Shown here in pieces: positions 20,087 to 29,685 of a stretch of 64,000 bases of DNA (position 1 is the first letter of the stretch; each line of letters starts with the position of its first letter). The notes under the pieces were generated by a model. The model saw only the letters and a list, made by a program, of their open reading frames with translations. It ran no database searches and was not told the origin of the DNA. The stretch is from a virus. Its lineage: Duplodnaviria; Caudoviricetes. Where the stretch lies: positions 1-64,000 of the IMG/VR virus record IMGVR_UViG_3300033073_000489. One strand, written 5' to 3'. A program made the position numbers and the translations under genes.

Positions 20087-20662
20087 TTATGATATTTTAT
20101 GTCCAATTTGCTGATACATGTAGTATTGTGCCGCAAAGGTGATTCTTAAGTTATTACTCACAGGATCAGTTGCTCTATGATAGATATTACTAGGGAAAAT
20201 AACAGCTCGATTCTTCTTATACTCACACCGCATGATTTCAGTAGTCTGATCGTCATCGAAGAACAATAGATCCCCGTCGCTATCATTTACAAAATAAACA
20301 ATAGTCCACTGCGATGTATGGTCATGCGAGTCAGCATCATTATCCCTGTGTATGCTAGGGCAATGACCTTTTATTGTTCCGTTCCACCGTATACCAAAAA
20401 AACCAGTAATCTTAACATTGGGAACTGTTCTAGGTATAAGATCTATAGTGAGTGCATCGTTTATGATCTCAGTCATGCCAATTCGATCACTCGGATCGTT
20501 GTGGTTATTATATGATAGTGTAGCTTCCGTATATGTAGGAGAGTGGACACGTTCGCGAAACTCCCAGGGAATTAACCGTGCCCGCCTTTCAATATGAGTT
20601 TGAAACCATTCCGGAAACGCATTGTCAACTATAAAAACTTTATTAAGGTCTATCATGTCCAC
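20087..20662 (-). CDS. 2OG-Fe(II) oxygenase
   Basis: HRD, NDSDGDLLFF, AVIFPS..YHRA, RIT motifs. Confidence 0.8.
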   Translation of the reverse strand: MDMIDLNKVFIVDNAFPEWFQTHIERRARLIPWEFRERVHSPTYTEATLSYNNHNDPSDRIGMTEIINDALTIDLIPRTVPNVKITGFFGIRWNGTIKGHCPSIHRDNDADSHDHTSQWTIVYFVNDSDGDLLFFDDDQTTEIMRCEYKKNRAVIFPSNIYHRATDPVSNNLRITFAAQYYMYQQIGHKIS

Positions 20663-21492
20663 AATCCATGTCTTACTTTAATTAGACGAATCATCATTTC
20701 TTCATCTTCTTTTTCGTAAGCGGCTTCTATCTTTTGAAGAAGCTTGTGTGCTTTATCGCCTTGTTTCTTTAGGTCTTTATTCTTAGTTTGTGCAAGGCTT
20801 AACCAGATTTTACTACCAGTTTCATCTCGGCAAGCATCACAATAAGCAGTCCAGCCACTTGCTTCCATAGGCTCTGGACGATTGCGATAAGTCTCAGTCC
20901 ACCACTTGTAAAGGTCTAGGATTTCTTGCGCTTTGATTGCCTGCGGAGTAAGTTTGCCAAGTTCTTTATGGTCTGGACCAACTTCGTCTTCCTTCCAACG
21001 TAGATTACGTTGCCATTCAAGGTTGTCAAGGCCGGCTTGAGGACAACGCCATGTGCGCCAGCGGAACCAACCACTAGCCCAAAAAGGTGCTTTGTATTTT
21101 TCTTTTTCATCTTTGTCTGCCCATGCGATATGCCACCATGCTAGTTCAACTTCGACAAAATCCTGTAGCTCATTAAATAGGCAAGGGAGAAAACGATTTC
21201 CTACATCGGTCCAAGTGCCTGGCTTAATATCGCGGGGATTGGCAGTGAGAGCGTGAGTGCGAGTAACCCAACGGTTATTGATATAGTATTTTGCGGCATA
21301 AATTTTATCCGGAATAAACATAACAATGTTTTGTAGCATGTCTAGCCCTTCTTCGGCAAGCCACCAACGGATAGGATAATCTGCCTTGGCACGGGTTTCC
21401 CATTCGTGCCAGCCTTCGGCAGTTTTGGCGCCACCCTTGGTAGTGCCACGAATCCAATCTGCAAATGTGCTACAAGTCCAATAGTTTCTCAT
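20653..21492 (-). CDS. Hypothetical Trp-rich protein
   Basis: 279-aa ORF, coupled by ATGA overlaps. Confidence 0.8.
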   Translation of the reverse strand: MRNYWTCSTFADWIRGTTKGGAKTAEGWHEWETRAKADYPIRWWLAEEGLDMLQNIVMFIPDKIYAAKYYINNRWVTRTHALTANPRDIKPGTWTDVGNRFLPCLFNELQDFVEVELAWWHIAWADKDEKEKYKAPFWASGWFRWRTWRCPQAGLDNLEWQRNLRWKEDEVGPDHKELGKLTPQAIKAQEILDLYKWWTETYRNRPEPMEASGWTAYCDACRDETGSKIWLSLAQTKNKDLKKQGDKAHKLLQKIEAAYEKEDEEMMIRLIKVRHGLWT

Positions 21493-21614
21493 AATTTATA
21501 TAACTCACTAAATGATTCAAATGGCAACTTACTCCAAAAGGTCATAGCTTCGTTAAACGTTTCAAACTCTTTTGATCTGCGTTTGTTCATCCTATAGAAA
21601 ACTACACGAAACAT
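21489..21614 (-). CDS. Small hypothetical protein (41 aa, not in ORF track)
   Basis: MFRVVFYRMNKRRSKEFETFNEAMTFWSKLPFESFSELYKL; ATGA overlaps at both ends. Confidence 0.6.
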   Translation of the reverse strand: MFRVVFYRMNKRRSKEFETFNEAMTFWSKLPFESFSELYKL

Positions 21615-22303
21615 CAATCTTTCTTTTCACCAAACAGTTGGAGCAAATTAAGGAATAGGTTAATGAAATCCAAATACAAAGTTAATGCTCCTGTAACTTC
21701 GGCAATGCCATCATTTTCAACGCTAACTTCTTCACGGATTTGCTGTGTGTCGTAAGCAGTCAAACCAAGGAAGATGAGAATTGCAATGGCACTAATGACC
21801 ATTTGGAATACTGTGCTACCAATAAAGATATTAATGATAGACGCAATAATCAAAGCAATTAATCCGACAAACAATAGAGAGCCGAGTCCACTAAGATCTT
21901 TCTTAGTAAAGTATCCGTAACCACTCATTACCCCAAACAAAACTGCGCCTGCCATAAACGCACTTACAATACTGCCCATATTATAAATTACAAAGATCGT
22001 AGCAAAGCTCAAGCCCATGAGCGCGGCAAAACCATGTAGCATTAATTGGGCTCCAAGTTTACTTGGGCCTGCATTGAGAGCAATAGTGATGCCAAAGATT
22101 GCTACTAGCGGTGCAAAGATAACAATCCATTTCATAATACCTGTAAAGAAGAACGCCATTAAGCCGGCATTACTTCCAACCTGATAACTAACAAACATTG
22201 ACACTAGAACCGCTAGCGCCATATGCCCGTAGACTCTACCCATTGCAGAATTAATCTGTTCGGCAGAGCGATACTCGTTTCCTGTATAAGTTGTTCCAAA
22301 CAT
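21614..22303 (-). CDS. Bax inhibitor-1/YccA family membrane protein
   Basis: Seven hydrophobic segments, TKKDLSGLG, LTAYDTQ, ALTLYLDFINLF. Confidence 0.92.
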   Translation of the reverse strand: MFGTTYTGNEYRSAEQINSAMGRVYGHMALAVLVSMFVSYQVGSNAGLMAFFFTGIMKWIVIFAPLVAIFGITIALNAGPSKLGAQLMLHGFAALMGLSFATIFVIYNMGSIVSAFMAGAVLFGVMSGYGYFTKKDLSGLGSLLFVGLIALIIASIINIFIGSTVFQMVISAIAILIFLGLTAYDTQQIREEVSVENDGIAEVTGALTLYLDFINLFLNLLQLFGEKKD

Positions 22304-22305
22304 AA

Positions 22306-22692
22306 TTACTCCTTAGTAATAAAAGGTTTCAAATCCGGTGCAACCCAACCGGTAGGTTTTAAAACTTTACCATCCTCACGTTTTCGAACTTTGCCAGTTT
22401 CTTTGTCAATTTTAGCAAAGTTAGTCTTCATAACTTCTTTCCAGCCGCCATCACCGTCTGCACCCATAGAGTGAATAGCACCGATAGTGACAACTATAAT
22501 GTCTTCTAATGCATCTAGGATTTCTACAGGATCGCAAGCATCGATTGCTTCTTGTAGTTCCTTACGTTCTTCGTCAATTAGATCGACGTATAGTTTAAAT
22601 TGTTCTTGATTCCAACCTTCGACTGTTTGGTCGCAGGCTCGCATAAATTTTTCTTGATCTCGAAACGGGTTTGTCATTTGTATTTGTTCCAT
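22306..22692 (-). CDS. MazG-like/PRA-PH nucleoside-triphosphate pyrophosphohydrolase
   Basis: EERKEL, DALEDI, EVMKTNFAK, REDGKVLKP. Confidence 0.8.
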   Translation of the reverse strand: MEQIQMTNPFRDQEKFMRACDQTVEGWNQEQFKLYVDLIDEERKELQEAIDACDPVEILDALEDIIVVTIGAIHSMGADGDGGWKEVMKTNFAKIDKETGKVRKREDGKVLKPTGWVAPDLKPFITKE

Positions 22693-22694
22693 GT

Positions 22695-22880
22695 TTATTC
22701 TGGTAGGGGGCTAAATCGTTGGAGGAAACTTTCTTCATAGCAACTATACTCTCTCGGAGGAGATCCAACTTCGTCCCTGTAATGAACCCAAGTATGCCCA
22801 TCCTGCTCAATCGTGTGTAGCACTACAAATACTTTTCGATCATATGCACCCCAGCGACTTCCTTCTTTAATTGTTTTCAT
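22695..22880 (-). CDS. Small hypothetical protein
   Basis: 61-aa ORF in a tightly packed operon. Confidence 0.65.
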   Translation of the reverse strand: MKTIKEGSRWGAYDRKVFVVLHTIEQDGHTWVHYRDEVGSPPREYSCYEESFLQRFSPLPE

Positions 22881-23125
22881 TTTAACGCATCCATTGTTTG
22901 TCGTTTAGCTTCTTCTTTGACTTCTTCTCTGTGAATCGTTTGTAATCCGCGAAACATTTCTTCAACAACATGTATAATAGCAGCCTTGCCATCATCTGTC
23001 AAGTGACTATATTCAGGACTGACTGAACTTTCATGCCAAACTTTTTGATTCTTTGCTAACTCGAGCATCGCCCCATACAACATGTCTTTATGCATGGACC
23101 GACGAATATCAAATTTTCTCCCCAT
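22877..23125 (-). CDS. Hypothetical protein
   Basis: C-terminal part of track ORF 22877..23320; ATG at 23125 avoids most of the ligase overlap. Confidence 0.65.
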   Translation of the reverse strand: MGRKFDIRRSMHKDMLYGAMLELAKNQKVWHESSVSPEYSHLTDDGKAAIIHVVEEMFRGLQTIHREEVKEEAKRQTMDALK

Positions 23126-24437
23126 TCTCAAACCCTCTAAAATGTAAGAACCTCGGAAAGCGTAAAGAATAGCTTCCATCCTGGTTTTGTGTGATAGCGT
23201 CAGCACGGATTTCAACAACTTGACCAATAAGGGTTTCACGACTGCTCCAAAAAGTATCACGGTCGGAATCACTAAAGCCAGAACCGCAGTTAACTCGAAT
23301 TGACTTTCCATCATCTTCACCTTCGCATACTAATGCACCTAACTTACCAATGTTCTTGCCGGTGCCTTCTTCTACTGCAACAACACTAAGGCTTACTTCA
23401 ATAAATGGTTTGAGCTTGAGCCAAGCCACACTACGTTTACACTTATAACCTGCATCAACATCTTTGAGCATAATGCCTTCGTATCCACCGGCAATAGCCT
23501 GTGAATTGATTTCCTTATACCTCTTTTGACCTTCGTTAGTGTCAAGGTCAACAAGTTCGTTGCCTACAACTGCTACATTGGGCATTTCGTCTTTGTATGT
23601 TTTATGCCAGTGATACAACATAGCACTACGTTCTTCTTGACCCTTGTCCCATTCGCCTTTTTCAAAATCTGCCAGCGGCAAGAAGTCAAACAAATGTAGA
23701 ACAGCATCACCCGATACAACATTGTCTTTACGATGAACTTGCTTCATTAAGTCTTGGAATGAGCTAGACATAACTTCACCATCTAGCACAAAGTCAATAT
23801 TTTTAGTAGTGCCATGCTTTTTAACAACCGCACTAATCTGTTCTGCAATATGGGGGAAGTTTACCAACTCCTTACCGTTTCGGCTAAACATATCAACCCG
23901 GCCATCAGCACGAACAATCGTAATAACGCGAACGCCATCGAGTTTGACTTCAATAAGTTTCTTCCCTGTAACCTTTCCTTCGTGATTAGCACTATCATGA
24001 GCAAGCTGGCAAGTGAAAACAGGAATTGCATATTGTGGCCATTTCTTTTCTACGACTTTATTAACTGTGTTATCGCTGAAGCCAGCTCGCATATCCTTAA
24101 TAAGAATGCGTCGATACCATCCATTCCATTCTGCCTTTGTAGCAGTTGACATCATCTGATCAACGGCATCCCTAGCAGAGTTGCCGGTGAGTTCGCGATT
24201 GCGTAGGCGAGTAGCAACATCGTTGAAACAAGCCCAAGATAGGCCAGGGCCATCTTCATCATTTTTTTCCTTAATTTGTTTGAGACCAAACGTGATCATA
24301 GAATCATAGCATAGACGCAAGCCTTTAAAAAATACGTCATTGCCGGCTTCTGCCTGCGCAAGAATGATTTGTTCTTTGTTCAAACGACTAGGATGATCTT
24401 CCAAACTGGAAATAACATACTGGCAGGGATCGCTCAT
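23109..24437 (-). CDS. lig: ATP-dependent DNA ligase (T4 gp30-like)
   Basis: EVKLDGVR, LDGE, FD, EGIMLK, WLKLK, LRFPRF motifs. Confidence 0.95.
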   Translation of the reverse strand: MSDPCQYVISSLEDHPSRLNKEQIILAQAEAGNDVFFKGLRLCYDSMITFGLKQIKEKNDEDGPGLSWACFNDVATRLRNRELTGNSARDAVDQMMSTATKAEWNGWYRRILIKDMRAGFSDNTVNKVVEKKWPQYAIPVFTCQLAHDSANHEGKVTGKKLIEVKLDGVRVITIVRADGRVDMFSRNGKELVNFPHIAEQISAVVKKHGTTKNIDFVLDGEVMSSSFQDLMKQVHRKDNVVSGDAVLHLFDFLPLADFEKGEWDKGQEERSAMLYHWHKTYKDEMPNVAVVGNELVDLDTNEGQKRYKEINSQAIAGGYEGIMLKDVDAGYKCKRSVAWLKLKPFIEVSLSVVAVEEGTGKNIGKLGALVCEGEDDGKSIRVNCGSGFSDSDRDTFWSSRETLIGQVVEIRADAITQNQDGSYSLRFPRFLHFRGFENGEKI

Positions 24438-24467
24438 GTTTAGACCTTAGTTAATTGTAATGTAACT

Positions 24468-24496
24468 ATTATACAGTCTAATTATCAGTATGTCAA
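24468..24496 (-). promoter_or_regulatory. sigma70-type promoter for ligase operon
   Basis: TTGACA-N17-TATAAT. Confidence 0.8.
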
Positions 24497-25213
24497 GTAG
24501 TTAGTAGTCTTAAATGGCTTACCAATGTAAGCATATTCTAATTGTTTTAGAATCTTTTGTTTCATTTGGCGAACTTTTGGATGATTGTGGTTCCAATCAA
24601 ATGCAGCCAAATATCTATGATAGGTAGTTTTTTTGTGTCGTTTGGCTTGCATACTGTCCATATATTTTTGGATAGTTCTGCGATCAGGTCCAAATCGATC
24701 AATCATATCACATGCAATGTTGAAACTAAAAGCACCCATTTCATCTCGGTCGCCATAATACTCTTGATCCACACGTTGTTTATGATAATGGGCTGTGCTT
24801 TCGTAACCAGGAATTGGTTTAAAGTTTCTGCTACGATACTGCCTCATGTGGATAACTTCGTGCAAAATAGTATCTGCAAAAAGCGCACAGAGTCTAGCCC
24901 AACGATAGTCAGTTACCTTAATCTTATCATCTAATGGATGGTAGCAAAGTATTACTTCAATAAAACGGGTATAGCCTTTCCTGTCCAAGTCGCTGTAGTA
25001 AGTGCCGCCCATATAAATTAGGCCGCGCTTTTGCGAATAGTCGTTTTGCTTACGAATAACTTTTACGGGCAAATACTGCTTAATCTGCGCACTTATTAAT
25101 TTTTGCAGATCCTTAACTGGTAGCTTTTTGCCAACAATATCCCTACCAGCGTTGTATAACACGCTATATAGGTTTTCACGGGTTAAAAGACTCCAGTTAA
25201 AATCTTCACGCAC
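24485..25213 (-). CDS. HExxH (zincin-like) hypothetical protein, paralogue A
   Basis: ILHEVIHMRQY...YYGDRDEMGAF; GTG start. Confidence 0.65.
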   Translation of the reverse strand: MREDFNWSLLTRENLYSVLYNAGRDIVGKKLPVKDLQKLISAQIKQYLPVKVIRKQNDYSQKRGLIYMGGTYYSDLDRKGYTRFIEVILCYHPLDDKIKVTDYRWARLCALFADTILHEVIHMRQYRSRNFKPIPGYESTAHYHKQRVDQEYYGDRDEMGAFSFNIACDMIDRFGPDRRTIQKYMDSMQAKRHKKTTYHRYLAAFDWNHNHPKVRQMKQKILKQLEYAYIGKPFKTTNYLTY

Positions 25214-25264
25214 GATTATCTCCCAACGGGCTCAAAGTATTTAGTAGCCCGCCTAAGAAACAAA

Positions 25265-25885
25265 TTATGGGCGTTTTTCGATAACTTTATCCGCTAAACC
25301 GTATGCTACCGCTTCTTCCGCACTCAAAAATGTGTCAAATTTCATGGTCTCGAACAGTTCTTCGTAAGTTTTGCCCGCAGTATTGTGGCGCACGTATAGC
25401 TCTGTTAGTCGTTTGTTAATACGGACAGATTCTTCAAAACTACGTTTTGCGTCTTCGAACTGCAAATCCTGCACATGGACTGAACCACGGGTTCCGGGTG
25501 TTCCAGAACTAACACGGTGAATCATTGTGCGCGATTCAGGCAGGACAAACCGCTTTCCTCTTGCGCCGGCTTGAGCAAGGAATGAGCCCATACTACAAGC
25601 CTGTCCGAGAACGTAAGTTGCGACGTCGGGTTTAATAAACTGCATGGTGTCGTAAATAGCAAGGCCAGCAGTAACGGACCCACCAGGGCTATTAATAAAG
25701 AAGGTAATGTCTTCATTTCCTTGACTCTCCAAAAAGAGCAACTGTGCAACGATCACACTAGAAGTATGCTCATTAACATCCGTATCTAACATTACAATAC
25801 GGTCCTTGAGCAAACGACTATAAATGTCGTAAGCTCGTTCACCTTTTGGTTCTGATTCAATGACTGTTGGAATAAGTCGTGTCAT
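25265..25885 (-). CDS. clpP: ATP-dependent Clp protease proteolytic subunit
   Basis: YDIYSRLLKDRI, FINSPGGSV, catalytic CSMGS and MIH, DTFLSAEEA. Confidence 0.95.
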   Translation of the reverse strand: MTRLIPTVIESEPKGERAYDIYSRLLKDRIVMLDTDVNEHTSSVIVAQLLFLESQGNEDITFFINSPGGSVTAGLAIYDTMQFIKPDVATYVLGQACSMGSFLAQAGARGKRFVLPESRTMIHRVSSGTPGTRGSVHVQDLQFEDAKRSFEESVRINKRLTELYVRHNTAGKTYEELFETMKFDTFLSAEEAVAYGLADKVIEKRP

Positions 25886-25897
25886 TTGTTTCCTTGA

Positions 25898-26437
25898 TTA
25901 CTCTAGTTCTTTAAAGGCTTCAGTAGAGCGCTTTGCAGCCAACTCTTGAATCCTTTGATTTTCTTTTGCGCGGCGCAATACGTTTGCATCACCAGTTGGC
26001 AGGGCTAGCAATACATAAGCACGATATTTGTTACCTTCGGTGATGATTTTCTTTTCGGAAACTTCAACACCTGTGATGTCAACTTCCTTACATGAAGACC
26101 GTGACACGGACTCACTAAGGGTAGTTGATTCTGTTTTGTAAGTTTTCATACGCTGGCTAGCAGTTCCGCCTGCAGCCATACACAACTTGTCATATGCATC
26201 TTGTCGTGCAATTTTAAAAGCCATAGAATAGTCCATAGCAGAGCCTGTTCCTGCAGAATATACTGCACTCTTGCTAGTAGGAACTTCTAGCATCCATTTA
26301 GGTGCTTTGTCAATTACACGCTCAACATAACGTTCTTGACGTTCACGTTCAGCATCTGCACGTTTTGCATACGGATCAGTAGAACCGCAAGCGGCAAGCA
26401 TTGCAACAACAGGAATTAGTGTTAGAATCTTTTTCAT
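25898..26437 (-). CDS. Lipoprotein (LPP20-like)
   Basis: Lipobox LAAC; PKW and GTGS motifs. Confidence 0.65.
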   Translation of the reverse strand: MKKILTLIPVVAMLAACGSTDPYAKRADAERERQERYVERVIDKAPKWMLEVPTSKSAVYSAGTGSAMDYSMAFKIARQDAYDKLCMAAGGTASQRMKTYKTESTTLSESVSRSSCKEVDITGVEVSEKKIITEGNKYRAYVLLALPTGDANVLRRAKENQRIQELAAKRSTEAFKELE

Positions 26438-26559
26438 TATTTTCCACCCATCTTTTCTTTAGTCCAGTCAGCGGCTGACGAAATGTCTTTGCCTACACCT
26501 GACACAGTTGAACATGCGGCCAAGAAACTAGCCAGAATTAAAACTGCAACTATTTTCAT
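26437..26559 (-). CDS. Entericidin EcnA/B-like lipoprotein (40 aa, not in track)
   Basis: MKIVAVLILASFLAACSTVSGVGKDISSAADWTKEKMGGK; lipobox plus CxTVxGVGKDI motif. Confidence 0.7.
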   Translation of the reverse strand: MKIVAVLILASFLAACSTVSGVGKDISSAADWTKEKMGGK

Positions 26560-26696
26560 TTTGCCATCTCCACAGATTGTGTTTTAACTGTGTCGACGCC
26601 TTTGTCCATAAGTTTAGCAACACCGTTAACTACGCCGGAAAAACCGACTGTAGCAACTGCAATGCCAAAGATGGTGCCTGCGATAAATGCCTTCAT
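26556..26696 (-). CDS. Small membrane protein (46 aa, not in track)
   Basis: MKAFIAGTIFGIAVATVGFSGVV..; RBS and promoter upstream, ATGA overlap downstream. Confidence 0.65.
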   Translation of the reverse strand: MKAFIAGTIFGIAVATVGFSGVVNGVAKLMDKGVDTVKTQSVEMAK

Positions 26697-26729
26697 TGTG
26701 TGCCTCTATGTGTGTTGAACATGTGTATA

Positions 26730-26758
26730 TTATAACTGAACTCAGTTCAATCGTCAAT
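26730..26758 (-). promoter_or_regulatory. sigma70-type promoter
   Basis: TTGACG-N17-TATAAT. Confidence 0.8.
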
Positions 26759-26774
26759 ACTCAAGTTAGCCAAA

Positions 26775-27632
26775 TTAAAAAGTGATCATTTTATCTTCGA
26801 GCCCTTTAATAAACACTTTGGCTACTTCGACAGCCTTTTCCATTGTATCCGCTGGCTCTCCGTTTACATAACCTCTGCGACTTTGGAATTTGGCTTCGTA
26901 GCCATTTTGGTCGCAAACTTCCTTAAATGTTTTTCGGAACTCGTCAGTATTGGCTTTACCGGCATGCCAAATTTCAACAAATGCGCCCGAAGTCTTATAC
27001 GGGCAAATAGCAACAGTAAGACCAGTGCCGCCTACGTTAGTTTTACTAACATAGTATTTGGCTACGTTTGTAAAGATTCCCGGATTGTTATCGTAGATGG
27101 ATTGACATTGTTCCGAAATGATATTGTCCGATTCAGTGCTAGGGCTAGACCTTCTTACAATTTTCTTATCTTTAGTTTGAGTTGGGCGGATAAGGGGAAT
27201 GAATTCGCAGTAAGGATTCTTACCGTTTTCATAAATTACAACGCCCACAAGGGTAATGCGAAGAGGCGTATTTTCGTTAAGCCAGCGAACAAATCCTTTG
27301 ATATGTTCATCTGCATCTTCACAAATAAGAACACCATCATCGCATTTTTTATCATACATATAATATGTGATTTTACTTGCGTGAATAGAATCTAGCCAAC
27401 CAGAAGCATCCTGGCTTTCAATTACAAGGAATGTATCGCCGTCACGGTCTCGAACAATAAGGTCGACACGTTTGTCGTGGACTGTATGTTCCTCTGGCGT
27501 AACACTATAATCTTCTTCGTCAAGATCTAACGCATTGAGCAAACGCTTAGATGTTTCTAAATCTGAAGCAATGAATTTGGTAAAAGGAACCTCACCACCG
27601 AACGCAGATTTAATGTCTAATCTTTTTACCAT
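26775..27632 (-). CDS. PD-(D/E)xK nuclease-fold protein
   Basis: KRVDLIV..LVIESQ..D..HASKITYY; ATG at 27632. Confidence 0.55.
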   Translation of the reverse strand: MVKRLDIKSAFGGEVPFTKFIASDLETSKRLLNALDLDEEDYSVTPEEHTVHDKRVDLIVRDRDGDTFLVIESQDASGWLDSIHASKITYYMYDKKCDDGVLICEDADEHIKGFVRWLNENTPLRITLVGVVIYENGKNPYCEFIPLIRPTQTKDKKIVRRSSPSTESDNIISEQCQSIYDNNPGIFTNVAKYYVSKTNVGGTGLTVAICPYKTSGAFVEIWHAGKANTDEFRKTFKEVCDQNGYEAKFQSRRGYVNGEPADTMEKAVEVAKVFIKGLEDKMITF

Positions 27633-27970
27633 TTGTCTACCACTAACCAATTTGTGTCGCTATTGTCAACTTGACAAATAACGCCGTTGTAAACTCGCAA
27701 CTTACCTTTGACTGTTTGGTTCTCCATGAACAATCTGCAACGACTATTTCGGTAATTGAAATAACCAACATCTACCCGAGACTTGTTTACTTCACTTTCC
27801 AAAATAACATCGCCCTTTTTGATCTTTGGAAATTCCCCAACGCCCTCTTTGCAAACTGTAAGAGTTTCGTTAGCAACGATACCTTCGCGCTCAATTGATG
27901 CAGATGTTTGGCGGCAGTCTGCAAATGCAGAAGTGCAAAGGACTGCAAGAACTACAGTAAGGTATTTCAT
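27626..27970 (-). CDS. Secreted hypothetical protein
   Basis: Signal peptide MKYLTVVLAVLCTSAFA; several Cys. Confidence 0.7.
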   Translation of the reverse strand: MKYLTVVLAVLCTSAFADCRQTSASIEREGIVANETLTVCKEGVGEFPKIKKGDVILESEVNKSRVDVGYFNYRNSRCRLFMENQTVKGKLRVYNGVICQVDNSDTNWLVVDKW

Positions 27971-28242
27971 GATTTTTCACACCTGTAGGCATACCACCAG
28001 ATGGTAGCTTTCAAACGACTATTAAAGATACGATCCTCTTCGCTGAGCATATCGGGATCAGAATGAAACCCCTTTTGAGCTTGCAAATTGTGTAGCTCGG
28101 CAAGTTGTTTATCGGCACGATCACAGCTAACAGGGTAATCGACTAATTGTTGGTAAGTCATTACCTTGGGAGTGTATTCTTCGCTTTGACGTTCACTGCA
28201 TCCAGCTAGCACTAGTGCCAGCACAATCAGGGCTCGTTTCAT
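27967..28242 (-). CDS. Lipoprotein
   Basis: MKRALIVLALVLAGC lipobox from ATG 28242. Confidence 0.7.
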   Translation of the reverse strand: MKRALIVLALVLAGCSERQSEEYTPKVMTYQQLVDYPVSCDRADKQLAELHNLQAQKGFHSDPDMLSEEDRIFNSRLKATIWWYAYRCEKS

Positions 28243-28685
28243 CCGTGTCTTTCTACAAGTTCCGTTGAAGTTAATTGGGCAAGTGTTTGAAACTTTTCCC
28301 AAGCCATTTTAAGTGTAGGGTTTGCATCGAGCTCTTCACTGGGCAAAACAGTCTCAAGCCAAATGTAGGGCAAGCGGCGAGGGTGTGCGCCAAATTGGCG
28401 AGGCTGATGGAATTTGCCGCTTTCCCACAACTCGATGCTCACTGAACGGAAACGATCTTCGTCTTCGTCTGAGTAGTTTGCCCATTCAGGGAAACTACTG
28501 CTAAAAATGCCACGCAAGGAGTTACCGTCAGACCCGCCACCGTATCCCTGCCAGATACTTTTCCACTGTTTGTCATCGTGTGGATCGAAATCAGTTCTTG
28601 CAATAATTAGCAAAACATCGTCAATGTCCACTTTGCCGTCGATGATATCTCGAACACATCGACTGTAACTGAGCCCGATTTTCAT
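28239..28685 (-). CDS. Hypothetical protein
   Basis: 148-aa ORF MKIGLSYSRCVRDI.. Confidence 0.7.
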   Translation of the reverse strand: MKIGLSYSRCVRDIIDGKVDIDDVLLIIARTDFDPHDDKQWKSIWQGYGGGSDGNSLRGIFSSSFPEWANYSDEDEDRFRSVSIELWESGKFHQPRQFGAHPRRLPYIWLETVLPSEELDANPTLKMAWEKFQTLAQLTSTELVERHG

Positions 28686-28986
28686 ATTTTTCCTTTAGCG
28701 AATAAAGCTCGCGACCACGATCTCTAATTAATGATTTTGCACCAATTGGGTCGTCTTCAAACAGTTTGGCAAACTCTTTAGCAGTAACACCATCAACTGT
28801 TATAGAATAAACTTCAAATGGTTCTCTTTCTTGTGCATGTATTATAGCACGTCTGAACTCTGCGAGCAAGCCAATTGGCTCGTTTCCTTTGAGTGTTTCC
28901 CACATGGCTTTCTTATCGTAGCCCGAAACATCTGCAACCCAATCCAATTTATCGTCAGTCCACTTGACAATAAATGTAGATTCCAT
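28621..28986 (-). CDS. Hypothetical protein
   Basis: 121-aa ORF in operon. Confidence 0.55.
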   Translation of the reverse strand: MESTFIVKWTDDKLDWVADVSGYDKKAMWETLKGNEPIGLLAEFRRAIIHAQEREPFEVYSITVDGVTAKEFAKLFEDDPIGAKSLIRDRGRELYSLKEKYENRAQLQSMCSRYHRRQSGH

Positions 28987-28987
28987 T

Positions 28988-29227
28988 TTATCCCCTTGAG
29001 CCCGTTTGGGTTTTGCTTATTTTTGGACCATTGCTAATAAAGTCCATTCCTGCCATTCTTCCCTCGTATACTCGCCCGTTCCAATTCATTAAGAGCTTGA
29101 CACTTTTGTTCATAACAACGGTAAGGTTACGACCCTCGTTGAAGGCCATAACCGTTGCTTCCACTTGTCGTTTAGTTGCTTCTTGAATAACGGTGCAAGT
29201 TTCGCTATGTCTCGTCACTGTGCTCAA
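28988..29227 (-). CDS. Hypothetical protein
   Basis: 79-aa ORF, TTG/GTG start. Confidence 0.6.
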   Translation of the reverse strand: MSTVTRHSETCTVIQEATKRQVEATVMAFNEGRNLTVVMNKSVKLLMNWNGRVYEGRMAGMDFISNGPKISKTQTGSRG

Positions 29228-29528
29228 ATTCTTCTCCGATTGTTATTTTTACATTTTTAATGCTGTCCCATCGAAAACTTTTCCAATGTTTAGATTCAAG
29301 ATCGTAAACTGGCATAACATCTTCGTTGACTTTCTTTTCTCGCTTAGGTGTAGCATTTTCAACAACCGGCTCTTGAGGCACAAGATCCGAACTGGTAGTG
29401 CAAAGCATAACCCGTTCGGTCCCGTCCTTTTTAGTAAAAGCTACAGTAACTTCGCCCATTGCTAACATGCTTCTAAGCCATGGCTTAAACTTTGCCATGT
29501 CCTTTTCAGTAAAGTTACTGACTATCAT
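29205..29528 (-). CDS. DUF2693/WYL_2-like SH3-fold protein
   Basis: VAFTKKDGTERVMLCT..VYDLE..WKSFRWDSI. Confidence 0.75.
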   Translation of the reverse strand: MIVSNFTEKDMAKFKPWLRSMLAMGEVTVAFTKKDGTERVMLCTTSSDLVPQEPVVENATPKREKKVNEDVMPVYDLESKHWKSFRWDSIKNVKITIGEEFEHSDET

Positions 29529-29685
29529 GTGCAGCCTCTAGCTCTGAAACACGTTCGGTTAGTCGTGCAACTTCCATTTCTAGTTGCTCAATATGAGCAG
29601 CCACTTGCTCCATAAATTGAGAGGTATTTGCACCAGTAATTCTAAGCATAGTAGGCACGCTCGGTTTCAAGTCTTCGTTACTCAT
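29515..29685 (-). CDS. Small coiled-coil protein (56 aa, not in track)
   Basis: MSNEDLKPSVPTMLRITG..HIEQLEMEVARLTERVSELE; abuts the phosphoesterase stop. Confidence 0.6.
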   Translation of the reverse strand: MSNEDLKPSVPTMLRITGANTSQFMEQVAAHIEQLEMEVARLTERVSELEAAHDSQ

